Shown here: positions 51,601 through 59,046 of the stretch, piece by piece
How the letters are laid out: the number at the start of each line of letters is the position of its first letter
Numbering within the stretch: position 1 is the first letter of the stretch
Source of the DNA: Histomonas meleagridis 2922-C6/04-290x
Taxonomy: Eukaryota > Protista > Parabasalia
Direction: 5' to 3'
Length of the DNA: 64,000 nucleotides
Assembly: GCA_020184695.1 (NCBI GenBank)
Contig: JAANOX010000121.1
Span: 124,001-188,000 of the forward strand
Translations under genes and position numbers: made by a program
Notes under the pieces: generated by a model
Told to the model about the DNA's origin: nothing
What the model saw: the letters and a program-made list of their open reading frames with translations, nothing else
Database searches by the model: none

Positions 51601-52498
51601 ATGGTTACCTAAAAATAGTGGAAAATTCCTTTTCATGCAAAAAGGTAATGAAATATTACAACAAATTTTAACGATAAATATCGGATCAATAACTAAAAAT
51701 AATATGGAATCGAAACGTTCTAACTTCATACAAATGTTATTTGGACAATGGTTAGAGAAACTTAATAATAATAATGTGATAATTAACAATGAAAATAATA
51801 TAAATTCTTTAATACATTTAATAATTTTGGATGAAATTAATTCAATTAATGAAACTAGAAATATTATAATTAATGATATAAATGAAATTATTAATACTTT
51901 TAATAATAATAATATTTTGACTCAAAGATATTTAAATATTATTAATGATTTAGAAAGATCAATAATACCAAAAGATTGGAATCAACATAACTTTAATTGT
52001 AATAATTTAACAACATGGATTAATGACTTTTGTTTAAGAATTAATCATTTGAATGATATAATTAATAATAAAAATGATAAAATTTGCCTTGGATTATTAA
52101 AATCACCTGAATCATTAATTAACGCAGCTAAACAAACTGCTGCTAATATTAATAAATGGCCAATCGAAAAAATTCGAATGAAGATTTCGACTGATTTACA
52201 AAAAAGTAAAAACGAAAGTGAAATCACTATCACCGAATTACAAACATTAAACGCTAATTGGAATAAGAAGTGTTTGATTCCTTCCGATGATGTAACGGGT
52301 AATATAAATGAGTTGTTAATCACGTGGACTATAGATGAATTAAATGAAAATGAAAATAATGTTTTGGTGCCTTGGTTCATGACAAAGAATAAAAGTAGAT
52401 TGGTGTTAGAGGTGGAAATGCCAGTAGATGAAAATAAATCGAAGTTATGGTGGACAGTAAGAAACCCTTCGATTATATTGCAACCAAAAGGAATTTAA
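39635..52498 (+). CDS. DYNC1H1: cytoplasmic dynein heavy chain
   Basis: AAA1 GGSPFGPAGTGKTE and WGCFDEFNRL (cytoplasmic dynein 1 type), AAA2 GPTATGKT, AAA4 GLSGTGKS, coiled-coil stalk; 4287 aa uninterrupted. Confidence 0.92.
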   Translation: MNTLVPEDLLQYLTPALTSMFGKFQVSNIVQEYEEDLKEFIENPSKTFLMAQKGDPFVLQTSFEYSKGPILICQKQPVELPNQNFQSLISIVSLTEENAISFFQNIVGNFFLPLLQSSASTNDNLAKGVIDSLSNFEIAASRFQHKSNLPEPILDISPELFDITSSDQLSITQESSILSAIDKWQTVVGSINNYAKSPPKFETLQNEINFWPQLSNHLQTIESQITKLLNSNLLDIIEKYRKSFPEYIQNLSEETSKYLTEIKPFSEAISQFNIDIYLECQTLMDFNDKLINVYNFLTSFFNRCPKVDKIVQIYTLFNDFSLFNFSKVLSKISFIHLSPQSFENTKELINIVNDQWNIKENEMIEIITKEHLQIKQKLQEISLNRSQYMNQILEFCNIKIDYNQLIHQIQSMDELNIETILVPLEQSFSLLLNFSYFEYSKESNKKWNSSLNEYKKNLEKIENEIGQKIYSILSNCKNISETRNIFVKYKSFVRRPTIQSCVHQFEHNFILQIYEQLEEFKKKEFVNIQKLPIMMYMQIKGLTSDSAKLLHYYHIIGQLKKYEEMLNDVIGEKWKDTNECQQLISKLKECNDSATKWCNLDKIISTISFSADDILNKNIFVIETINNKKNIKCNYSQFNLNAILTFRTLNQFNLIKSFDVIYNMSKINESFRSYVNIQESLTTFINIIESFDVITEKIAANEIQIIYNLIQNGYNLKWNSQEIQEYSQKFALTISEFNVTMKNAKEILDKINENIQKIENSQTFDELKEYLAITMTNVDQLFWSKMTNDEIFVNELNQRISKLLIRKINETCLLWIDILSNKIKPNFNINIKIIQSSNKIIINPSLENIHSLINRKFSSQINSYLLQNQICTLNSTKMPLYQEIIPIPYDYIYKIYQLINSLINEVRKYCEKWNNLEILFMNEPNSINFEDDIIQWLELYNELENELKDIQNSSTKKSISLITIDTINIQKNSIERLNIWKDYVINNIKFISNKIILNLFEEIQKSREILEMPIPFKAKELSSYLNSFKECSTKKVNWDIIIPSITNTQKIYKNENYIKLISSIDIFNQIYITRKNEIDKNNQIFCTQVEEECSTLLNLTLTIKKKWDIEKPLNGDINPDKALNILQDYKNKFNELQNSWNEILSAREALHLTILTNSTLEAMIDDCNSMIEVWNLLLVIWNKLNIILQQPFLTLIPIEFKTKIQQLIDKLQNMSNIVRQYESWSYFNQKLKNILLIYPTIENLKSPAILARHWQKVSTEFKMNINIDKMTVNDIISLDLIKNETFFAELLRNAQGEFSLYQYLEQLNQTWDTLEFEFYDYKGKQLIKGWDIILTTINDHLNFLTAMQTSPFYNVFREQAIIWETKLNQLQVLLDEWLDVQRHFIYLEGIFVSSDIKSILTKATTIFKKCEKDIITLIKRAINLKFVIKILTIPNINLILQNLNESLLLLQKDLSDYLEKQRSYFPRFFFIGDEDLLEIIGKSSAIQEIQRHFNKMFEGISGVIVENNQIIKMECNKGESILLKNPIQINSAIYQTLNDLENEMRNTLKQILLTSVKEFEQFWENMTLENLKQFIEKYPAQIILLSFFIISTNITELCITKNNINKIIEDIVKFIELLSQLVYTDLTNVLRFIVQQLITESVHQRNLLRELENITSTNSFEWTRFLRYYHNYSNGELIIKIGDAIFNYGFEYLGLIPSLVRTPLTDRVYLTMAQALYAKMGGSPFGPAGTGKTETVKNMGHHLGRHVLVFNCDETFDFKAMGRIFIGLCQCGSWGCFDEFNRLDEQMLSAVSQQIQTIQIGLKNNLKNIEILGKNTTLNQSIGIFITMNPGYAGRVELPDNLKQLFRTMAMNRPDLELITEVLLFSQGFIYAEKLSPKFVTLFSMAKESLSHQTHYDFGLRAMKSVLTNAGILIRQNNLENDENRFENESKLLISSIINTIYPKLIANDLIRLKRIINDIFPNIQPEIITQNELINLINEEISKSGLINSEIWINKIIQLYYIQQISHGFMLVGPTATGKTSARKILLKVLTKLDQQESEMYIINPKSVTKETLFGSLDPITREWTDGIFTRILRTIVNNQRNEMSKRHWIIFDGDVDPEWVENLNSVLDDNKLLTLPNGERISLPSNVRIVFEVENLNFATPATVSRCGIIFFSEKTLNIQQIIQYHLHKLITEPIITQNHILFNEYMDISIPDMLEIQTKLTEIIKPTINLCINECIKFWEKYANNTIMEIPIASCITTMFSLLSASYLNFFREKEPNQILLHKYAIFSMFNAFSLPFKNEFKEILSEMLSNKFIDIVPKNGTLNNYIISDEFEDWINLNEINYENNNENDYIITPYNELYKKLINMIMIGGNSIILCGQNGIGKRSLLQNSFVNYSEIQTIRINFSNFSTIDYVLSTFEQFCIYQKTSYVTKLKPKITNNFIIFECINLTLPSLDKFGTQRIIEFLRQILEFNGFWHPQKREWIQLENIIFESVCTPSTEYGRVKLNSRFLRHTTIFNIDTPTIKSIKQILLNILSKFDNINQEIITNVILEYYNEFIEHFKGNENVFYHINLRDIIIWINSYKYILNLSDGYDKPHLLYYEGLRVFNDRLINIDEKNWAKDTLKSIILKYFENTDLTLYDNDINYTNLINQEFLPYDIDTIKNKLQKDYSDENLVFFDECINLITKIENSLIQPNGHLYLIGLSGTGKSILTTFISKYLNMKVFKLNVTKDYTINNFDSDLRKILKTSLEEKVCFIIKENDIILPIFTERLNVLLTEYLIPGLFTGDELNSLLNNIKEIAHSNGQLLDNEESLINFYLERIKNNLHIIFTSNSAILNINQTEIMFPSLFNQCNIIWIGKWSNLSLKLFAEQILNKNELEITDNLINSMIKIHSLSIKTSESLPINNYVSPRYFFDFIKVYCYIFINKREKLNNEQQHLSNGLNKLEETQIEVTKMGKELALKQTQLKEKDKLAEQKLEEILKDKQVTTSKQEEAQKIKVIIDEKKKVIDKDKSKAMAELAEVTPIIEEAKSSVSNIKKSNLDEIRRLTQPPDVIKNVLQAVLQLLDINAPNWTSIRKVISGDQFIKTILEFKVENIPQSTIKKVQHLLDSTDLTYEKAQRASQACGPLFKWLSANIRYLSILESTEPLREKVKALESEASIFEKKHEELSKTINEFEEKLQKLTSEYKVLLSECEKTRKESEQIQVKLNRAKHLLSSLTNETKRWAERKITFQNEQQSLIGNSLLSSAFISYCGFLEQQKRMDSLNEWMIVLDQNNIKYSEDYQFCDFMIEPENLINWSAKQLPKDDLCIQNAIILTTENLRTPFIIDPAGQATQFIMNLYKGIIRTSFNDKKFPKTFESCVRFGTPILIEDGEQIDPLILPILSKEYKKVNGRIILELNHNEIDISPSFKMFIITRDTDFSPQPSLSSLTTIINFSVTSLSLYSQCLTRLLQFKLPDIEKRRKELHESLAEMQIDLRNLEEKMLNVFSTTKGEILENDELLYLLEDIKKESIRIEQKVNETNLTLQEITQVSEKYSPVAKVSTSLYFAIKDMSLIHFMYQFSLQFFWSIFDKIIIKADEVNELIELISKGLFINVSYSLLNKHISILGFRFSQIILDYKGIKIDEQLFDIAIRGTLINGNEPDFIKKVNNDITFNDWINSDTPEQNIPESILQILKSENENPSIILLKVLVIIRKFKPDRIISTINLFIKESFEFDINDIPPLNIINISNETQPNIPILLCSSIGYDPSELIENNSLRPIISLAIGSSDSYSSIEESVQLASQKGNWIIIKNIHLAPLWTRKFVKNIQNIQCNPQFRIFLTTEINPKVGSNIFRLCHIIVFESSTGIRSNLQRVITNGFQWPNIPKERSKLVINFLLLHSIIMERLRYEKLGWNKSYEFNDNDLLFTIQISLRWIEAIANGRSHINEEQIPWYAIRYLISYCIYGGRIDLNSDQRILINLSKLLFKGNIELGDNSLSLPDEINNINELQNWVSTLSYNESPEFLWLPKNSGKFLFMQKGNEILQQILTINIGSITKNNMESKRSNFIQMLFGQWLEKLNNNNVIINNENNINSLIHLIILDEINSINETRNIIINDINEIINTFNNNNILTQRYLNIINDLERSIIPKDWNQHNFNCNNLTTWINDFCLRINHLNDIINNKNDKICLGLLKSPESLINAAKQTAANINKWPIEKIRMKISTDLQKSKNESEITITELQTLNANWNKKCLIPSDDVTGNINELLITWTIDELNENENNVLVPWFMTKNKSRLVLEVEMPVDENKSKLWWTVRNPSIILQPKGI

Positions 52499-52915
52499 TA
52501 AAATTTTTCATTCTTAAAAGAATTTTTCATATCAACTTGTTAATATTTCTTCAGATTAAGAAAATATAAGAAATCAATTTTTGAAAATATTTTCAAGCAT
52601 TTTGGCTTGATGTTTTGGATGAACCTAATGCATTTTGAATTACTCTTTTTTTTTTTTTAACTGTAAAATGGAAAAGGTAATGTCACTTTTTAACAAAATG
52701 ACATGTTTTTATATCACATTTCAGATGCCCACACCCTTCTACAAATTTTTAAATGACCGATACATCATTTTGAAAAAAAGTTTTAATAAAAAGCTGTTCA
52801 CCCATAAAAGGGACTTAATTTGAGAGTAACCGATATATATTTACAAAATTCCAAAGAAAGACGATGATTTTCCAAAGAATTCATCCAGAATCAAGATTGC
52901 CCAGAAAGCCAGGAA

Positions 52916-53512
52916 ATGGACGACGAATTGAAGGTCAGAATACAATGGCTCCCTGGCGCAATCCTCCCTGTAGTTACGCGAAGCTCTTCCACCGCAGAGG
53001 AACTCTCAAATTCACTCCAATTTTCATGTTTTGAGCATGAAAAAGTATTTTTATTCCATAATGGAAATTTTTTAAATCCTTCAGAAACACTGGCGAGCCA
53101 GGGAATAAAAAAAGGAGATGTTATTGAATGTAAAATTGCCAGTCAAATAGATAAATTTGACGAATTATTTAAACGGGAAAATCAATCCATTGCAAGAGAA
53201 ATGGCTCGTGTTTTAGATATGAGGACAGAAAAAATAGATGTCATTAAGGAGTTGGAAAAAACTGATGCAAATTCTTCATCTGAGTACTCAGATTCGGATT
53301 TATACCAATTTTTGTTTTTAGACGGTAATGACCTTACAACTTCAAATGATATTTCAACAGAACCTCTTCCAATTATATGGCAAAATTATGATGAATTCAC
53401 ACAGAACCAAGAAAACGTAAAATTAAACTTTGAACCAAACGTACAAGCCTCTCAAGAAAACGATAACTCTGATACATTGAATGATTGGAAGAAAGCGTTA
53501 CCTGATGAGTAA
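52916..53512 (+). CDS. ubiquitin-like domain protein with acidic tail
   Basis: VFLFHNGNFLNPSETLASQGIKKGDVIEC ubiquitin-like signature. Confidence 0.7.
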   Translation: MDDELKVRIQWLPGAILPVVTRSSSTAEELSNSLQFSCFEHEKVFLFHNGNFLNPSETLASQGIKKGDVIECKIASQIDKFDELFKRENQSIAREMARVLDMRTEKIDVIKELEKTDANSSSEYSDSDLYQFLFLDGNDLTTSNDISTEPLPIIWQNYDEFTQNQENVKLNFEPNVQASQENDNSDTLNDWKKALPDE

Positions 53513-54167
53513 TTTAATTGTCTATTTTTGTAAATTTGTTTTGTTACATTTGCTTTTGCTTTGAGAAAATAGATTTCCATGATAGAAAGTTAATTTATTT
53601 CCACTTAGATGTGTACATTTCATATTGTGACATTAATTTATAACGACTAATTTCTTTTAATATATACAATATTTAGAAAAATTTTATGATTGATAATCAG
53701 CGTCTATTGGTTACATTGAAATGATTAAATAATAATTGTTGAGAGTAGTTACTCTAACTCAAAATTTACATAAATAAGCGTGAGTCATATTTATATTTGA
53801 TTTCCATGATAGGATTTTTGGATGAATGTTAGCATGTTAAATTTTACCAATGATTGTATTTCAATTGATTGTAATCGTATCATTCTACTTTTTGAATGGC
53901 TTTTGATCTGTTGTGAAACATTCAAATTAAAGACGGCACTTTTTATAACCGAATTATAGGGTTTAAGTTGCCGATTTTTCTGAATGAACGGGTGGTTATT
54001 TGAACTCAAAAAGTTAAAATTTCTGTGTCATATTTTTACAACCTCGTCGTTTTGTTCATCGTTTTGTAGTACGTTAAATAGGAACGCAACCGCTCAAATT
54101 GAGAAGAAAATTGTGTGTTTTTCTTAGGAGCATCGTTTTTGACATATTTAAAAGTGGCATTAAAAAA

Positions 54168-57100
54168 ATGGTCCGAATCTTTGCTCATCGCAATGGAGAA
54201 GAAGCCTCAGTTGTCATTACATTCCAAGGCAACATGGATGCACTTTTATCTGCAGCTTCAGAGAAACTTGGAGCAACATTTACTCGCGCATTTCTTAAGA
54301 AAGGAGCAGAAATCACTGATCCTTCAGTTTTAGAAGCAGACGAAGATGTATTCTTTTCAACTGGTGCTGAGTTCATCGAACCAGCTAAACTTACAGAACG
54401 CGAAAGTCAAATCGTTCAATCAATTCAAACTAGAGTTAGACATAACATGATCTTTTATGTTAATGGAAAGAGATACGAAATCGAAAACCCAGATCCAGAA
54501 ACTACACTTCTAGAATGGCTCAGAATCCAAGGTTATACATCTGTTAAAAAGCCATGTGGCGAAGGTGGTTGTGGTGGCTGCGCTGTTGCAGTTGCTGAAT
54601 ACGATACAAAAAGACAACGTGCACATCATTTTGCCGTTAATTCTTGCTTAGTTCCACTTCCTTTTGTTGATGGCTGTGCAATCACAACAGCTGAAGGTGT
54701 TGGCCAAATGGACCATCTTCATCGTATCCAAAAAGATCTTGCTGAAATGCATGGCACACAGTGTGGATTTTGCACTCCAGGTATTGTTACCACACTATAT
54801 GCATTGTTCGCAGAAAATCCTGAAAGAACAATTGAAGAAATTAACGAAGCATTATCAACAAACCTTTGTCGTTGCACAGGTTATCGTCCAATTTTTGATG
54901 CAGCTCGTCGTTATGCAATTGATTTCGACAAATCAGCATTAGGAGAACTTACAACAACAGGTAGAGATATAGAAGAAATAGAAAATGTTATTTCAACACG
55001 TGAACGTCCACTTGTTACACCTGATTTCCCAGAAGAACTTATCAACTTCCATACATTAGATCCACTTCTTGTCTCTGGCCCAGAATCAACATGGTTTGCA
55101 CCATCCAACTTCGAACAAGTTAAAAAAGTTCGTGCTTCAGAAGGTGCACAATGCAGTTTTGTTAATGGTGCTACTGATCTCAACTTTAAGAAATGCTACC
55201 ACCCAGATATGGTATGGAGATTCATGTGCGGAACACGTCGTGTTGATGAACTCAAACAAATCACACCAGAAAAAGACGGAGTTTACTTTGGTGCTTCAGT
55301 ATCTATCAATGAATTCGGTCAATATTGGGAAACATTAAAAGATGGTGAACAAGCATTACTTTCTAAGGCTATCACAACAATTACAAAACAATTCGCTAAC
55401 TATAACATTAGAAACATTGGTACAATCGGTGGTTCCCTTTGCGCTGGTGATGCACTTTCTGATCTTTGCCCAATCCTTATGGGTCTTAATGCACAATGTA
55501 ACATTGTTTCACTTAATGGCGAATCTCGTACAGTATCAGCACAAGACTTCGTACTCAAACGTGACTTGAAACCATCCGAAATCCTTTACACAGTATTTGT
55601 TCCATTCGTTAAACCAAATGATTTCGTTAAGTCATATAAGATATGTCGTCGTCGTGAAGATTCACAAGCACTTTGTAATTGCTGCTTCAATATAACAATC
55701 GAAAACAAGAAAGTTACAGCTGCACATTTAGCAATTGGTGCTGTTGCTGCTAAGCAATATATTCCACAAGATGCATTAAATGCACTCGTAGGTAAAGAAT
55801 GGAACTTCGCTACATATGAACAATTCCGTGATGATGTTCTTAAGGACCTTCAAGTATCAAATCGTGTCGGTCAAGCACAACTTCGTCTTGATCTTGTTCG
55901 TGCATGCATCTACAAGTACTTCCTTTGGGTTCTTGATCGTATCCAAGGTAATATTCCAGCAAACATAATGAGCGCTTCTATTCCAACAGAACGTAAGCCA
56001 CGTACATCTCATCAAGATTGGGAACAAAGAAAAGATAAAGTTCTTGGTCAACAACCACAACATATCTCTGCTTATGGACATACAACAGGTGAAGCCAAAT
56101 TTGTTGCTGATATTGACCCACCAGAGAAATGCGCATATGCGTATCCAGTTTTATCTACTAATGCACGTGCAGAAATAGAATCAATTGATGCTTCACAAGC
56201 ACTTGCACTTGAAGGTGTTATTGCATTTGTTTCAGAAAAGGATATTCCAGGAGCAAAGAAGATATGTTCTATTCCACCAGCAGATGAAGATGTCTTTGCT
56301 ATTGGTAGAGTCAATTTCTATGGTCAAGTCATTGGTGTTGTAGTTGCAGAAACAGAAAAGCTTGCCATCAAAGGTGCACGTCTTGTTAAAGTCACATATA
56401 AGAACGCTGAGACACCAATTGTTACAATTTATGATGCACTTGATTATTACGAAAAACATAAAGAAACAGATAACATCCTTATGGTTGATCATCTTGGTCT
56501 TCATAAAGGTAATGTTAAAGAAGCTAAATGCAAATACGAAGTCACAGGTCAATCACATTTCAATAACCAAGAACACTTCTATCTCGAACCAAATTCAATG
56601 CTTGTTGTTCCACAAGGTACTGAAGGATGGAAGATATATGCAGCATGTCAAAACCCAGGAAAGATTCAAGACTCAGTTGCTGCAGTACTTAATGTTCCAC
56701 GTAATATGATTCGCTGTGAAGTAATGCGTCTTGGTGGTGGCTTCGGTGGTAAACAAGATCGTCCACAATTCTATGCTGCACAAGCTGCAATGGCAAGTTA
56801 TGTTACAAAGAGACCAATCAGACTCGTTATGCAAAGACAAGACGATATTTCCACAGCAGGTATGCGCCATGAATATGTAACTGATTATGATATTGGCTGT
56901 GATGAAAATGGAATGCTCACTAAGATGGACTTCCTTTATCATTCTAACGCTGGTTGGACAATGGATCTTTCACGTCTTGTTATGGACCGTACGCTTTACT
57001 CTGCAACTGGTGGTTACTCATGTCCAAACGTTAACTCATATGGTAACATATACCGTACAAACAAACTTTCATGCACTGCTTTCCGTGGCTTCGGTGTTCC

Positions 57101-58301
57101 ACAATCTTTAATTGCAGTAGAAACTGCTATGGCCAAACTTGCACACACATTAGGCGTACGACCAGAAGAACTTAAAGAAAAGAACCTTTATCACAAAGGC
57201 GATAAGACACTCACTGGTTATGAACTTCCAGATGAAACAATCCGTCGTTGTTGGGAAGTTTGCAAGAAGTCATGTGACTGGGATGCACGTGTTAAAGAAG
57301 TAGAAGAATTCAACAAGACACACGTCTACAAGAAGCGTGGCATTGCAATGACACCAGTTGTATCTACAATGGGCTTCGAATCAGAATTCATGATGAAGGG
57401 ACAAGCACTTGTCCAAATATACGGCGATGGTTCTGTCACTGTATCACACGGCGGTATCGAAATGGGCCAAGGCATCCACACGAAGATGGCAATGATTGCT
57501 GCCGAAACACTCGGAATCGACTACAGCTTCGTCAAAGTACTCCCAACAGCTACTGACAAGACAGCGAACATGCCTCCAACAGCAGGTTCAACAGGCACAG
57601 ATCTCCACGGCCGCGCTGTAGAGAATGCATGCAAAGAACTCAGAGAGCGCCTGCAGCCAATCAGAGACGAGCATCCAGATTGGACGTGGCCGCAAGTCTG
57701 TGGTTACGCATACTTCAACAAGTTCGACATGCAGTCATCAGCATTCAACAAGATGCCGAACTCAGTCTATAACCACGAGACGCATGAAGGGCGCGAGTCA
57801 TTCTATCTCATCTGGTCAGTCGCATTCAGCATGGTCGAAATTGACGTTCTCACAGGCGAACACGTACTCCTTAGGGCTGATCTTGTGCATGACTGCGGGT
57901 CATCAATCAATCCGGGCATTGATATTGGACAACTCGAAGGCGGCTTCGTGCAAGGCCAAGGCTTGTACACACTCGAAGAAATGATATGGGCGAAGGACGG
58001 ACACATTCGAACAAGAAACGTCACCACTTATAAGATACCAACACTCGACGATATCCCAGACGACTTCAGAGTGACATTGCTTCATGATGACTATAACAAT
58101 ATGGGCGTTGTCGGATCTAAGGCTTCTGGCGAAGCAGGACTTCGTATGGGATGCTCAGTGCTTATGGCACTTCGTGACGCTGTTACAGCAGCACGCGCAC
58201 AATTCGGTGTAACTGAATGGTTCGATTTCGATTCACCAGCAACAATTGAAGTTATTCGTGAAAAGATCCCAGTGAAGTACCTCGACCCAGAACAACATTA
58301 A
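54168..58301 (+). CDS. XDH: xanthine dehydrogenase/aldehyde oxidase family molybdo-flavoenzyme with an N-terminal KHA/doublecortin-like domain
   Basis: 2Fe-2S motifs KPCGEGGCGGC, CGFCTPG and NLCRCTGYRPI; FAD domain NIGTIGGS; Moco domain QEHFYLEP, GGGFGGK, AFRGFG, DIGQLEGGFVQG, SKASGE. Confidence 0.93.
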   Translation: MVRIFAHRNGEEASVVITFQGNMDALLSAASEKLGATFTRAFLKKGAEITDPSVLEADEDVFFSTGAEFIEPAKLTERESQIVQSIQTRVRHNMIFYVNGKRYEIENPDPETTLLEWLRIQGYTSVKKPCGEGGCGGCAVAVAEYDTKRQRAHHFAVNSCLVPLPFVDGCAITTAEGVGQMDHLHRIQKDLAEMHGTQCGFCTPGIVTTLYALFAENPERTIEEINEALSTNLCRCTGYRPIFDAARRYAIDFDKSALGELTTTGRDIEEIENVISTRERPLVTPDFPEELINFHTLDPLLVSGPESTWFAPSNFEQVKKVRASEGAQCSFVNGATDLNFKKCYHPDMVWRFMCGTRRVDELKQITPEKDGVYFGASVSINEFGQYWETLKDGEQALLSKAITTITKQFANYNIRNIGTIGGSLCAGDALSDLCPILMGLNAQCNIVSLNGESRTVSAQDFVLKRDLKPSEILYTVFVPFVKPNDFVKSYKICRRREDSQALCNCCFNITIENKKVTAAHLAIGAVAAKQYIPQDALNALVGKEWNFATYEQFRDDVLKDLQVSNRVGQAQLRLDLVRACIYKYFLWVLDRIQGNIPANIMSASIPTERKPRTSHQDWEQRKDKVLGQQPQHISAYGHTTGEAKFVADIDPPEKCAYAYPVLSTNARAEIESIDASQALALEGVIAFVSEKDIPGAKKICSIPPADEDVFAIGRVNFYGQVIGVVVAETEKLAIKGARLVKVTYKNAETPIVTIYDALDYYEKHKETDNILMVDHLGLHKGNVKEAKCKYEVTGQSHFNNQEHFYLEPNSMLVVPQGTEGWKIYAACQNPGKIQDSVAAVLNVPRNMIRCEVMRLGGGFGGKQDRPQFYAAQAAMASYVTKRPIRLVMQRQDDISTAGMRHEYVTDYDIGCDENGMLTKMDFLYHSNAGWTMDLSRLVMDRTLYSATGGYSCPNVNSYGNIYRTNKLSCTAFRGFGVPQSLIAVETAMAKLAHTLGVRPEELKEKNLYHKGDKTLTGYELPDETIRRCWEVCKKSCDWDARVKEVEEFNKTHVYKKRGIAMTPVVSTMGFESEFMMKGQALVQIYGDGSVTVSHGGIEMGQGIHTKMAMIAAETLGIDYSFVKVLPTATDKTANMPPTAGSTGTDLHGRAVENACKELRERLQPIRDEHPDWTWPQVCGYAYFNKFDMQSSAFNKMPNSVYNHETHEGRESFYLIWSVAFSMVEIDVLTGEHVLLRADLVHDCGSSINPGIDIGQLEGGFVQGQGLYTLEEMIWAKDGHIRTRNVTTYKIPTLDDIPDDFRVTLLHDDYNNMGVVGSKASGEAGLRMGCSVLMALRDAVTAARAQFGVTEWFDFDSPATIEVIREKIPVKYLDPEQH

Positions 58302-58391
58302 GTTAATCGTCTTCTTTTTTAGAATAAACAAAACAATATTTCATCTAATTTGTCTTTATAAAAGATTGGAACAAAGTCAGTCAAATAAGAA

Positions 58392-58976
58392 ATGGTGAAA
58401 ATTTATTACATTCCGATTTTCGGAAAAGTTTTTGGTGGGAAAAGTGTTGTAGTGCGACAAATTATTGACTCCTTTGTCCAAAGACAAGATCTGCAAGTTG
58501 CGGGATACACGCAGCCAAGTGCTTTTGAAGACGGAGACCGAATTGGATACGATCTTACATTAATAAAAAATGACAGAACACTCGAAACATACAAATTCGC
58601 ACGTCTTGGGAAACATGCAAAGCCAGGAAAAATCCCATATATTTTTGAGCCAAGTGTTTTTGACGAAGTTTATAATACTGCATGCTCAATTCATAGTAAC
58701 GGAAAACCTGCAATTGTTTTCCTTGATGAAGTTGGAAGACTCGAAACTATGCAAAAACAAGGCCACCATAAATCAATCCTCAAATATATCGAAGTTTTTC
58801 AAAATGCTAAAAGCATGCATTTAATAATTACATACAACGAAAGAAGGAAAGATGAAACAGCAAAATACATGGATGAAATTGGCGCAGAACAATCCACACT
58901 TTCATATGATAAATCAAATGAATCAATAACAGTTCAAGACTTTTGTAATCAAATTCTTGAGGAAGCACTTAAATAA
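58392..58976 (+). CDS. small P-loop NTPase (NTPase_1/THEP1 or DUF2478-like)
   Basis: GKVFGGKS Walker A variant, VAGY, RIGYDL, VFLDEVGRLE Walker B. Confidence 0.75.
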   Translation: MVKIYYIPIFGKVFGGKSVVVRQIIDSFVQRQDLQVAGYTQPSAFEDGDRIGYDLTLIKNDRTLETYKFARLGKHAKPGKIPYIFEPSVFDEVYNTACSIHSNGKPAIVFLDEVGRLETMQKQGHHKSILKYIEVFQNAKSMHLIITYNERRKDETAKYMDEIGAEQSTLSYDKSNESITVQDFCNQILEEALK

Positions 58977-59046
58977 ATACTATAAAATAGAAATTAAAAA
59001 AAATTTGAAACAATTTAAGTGTGATGAAGAGAGTTTATAAATTTAT

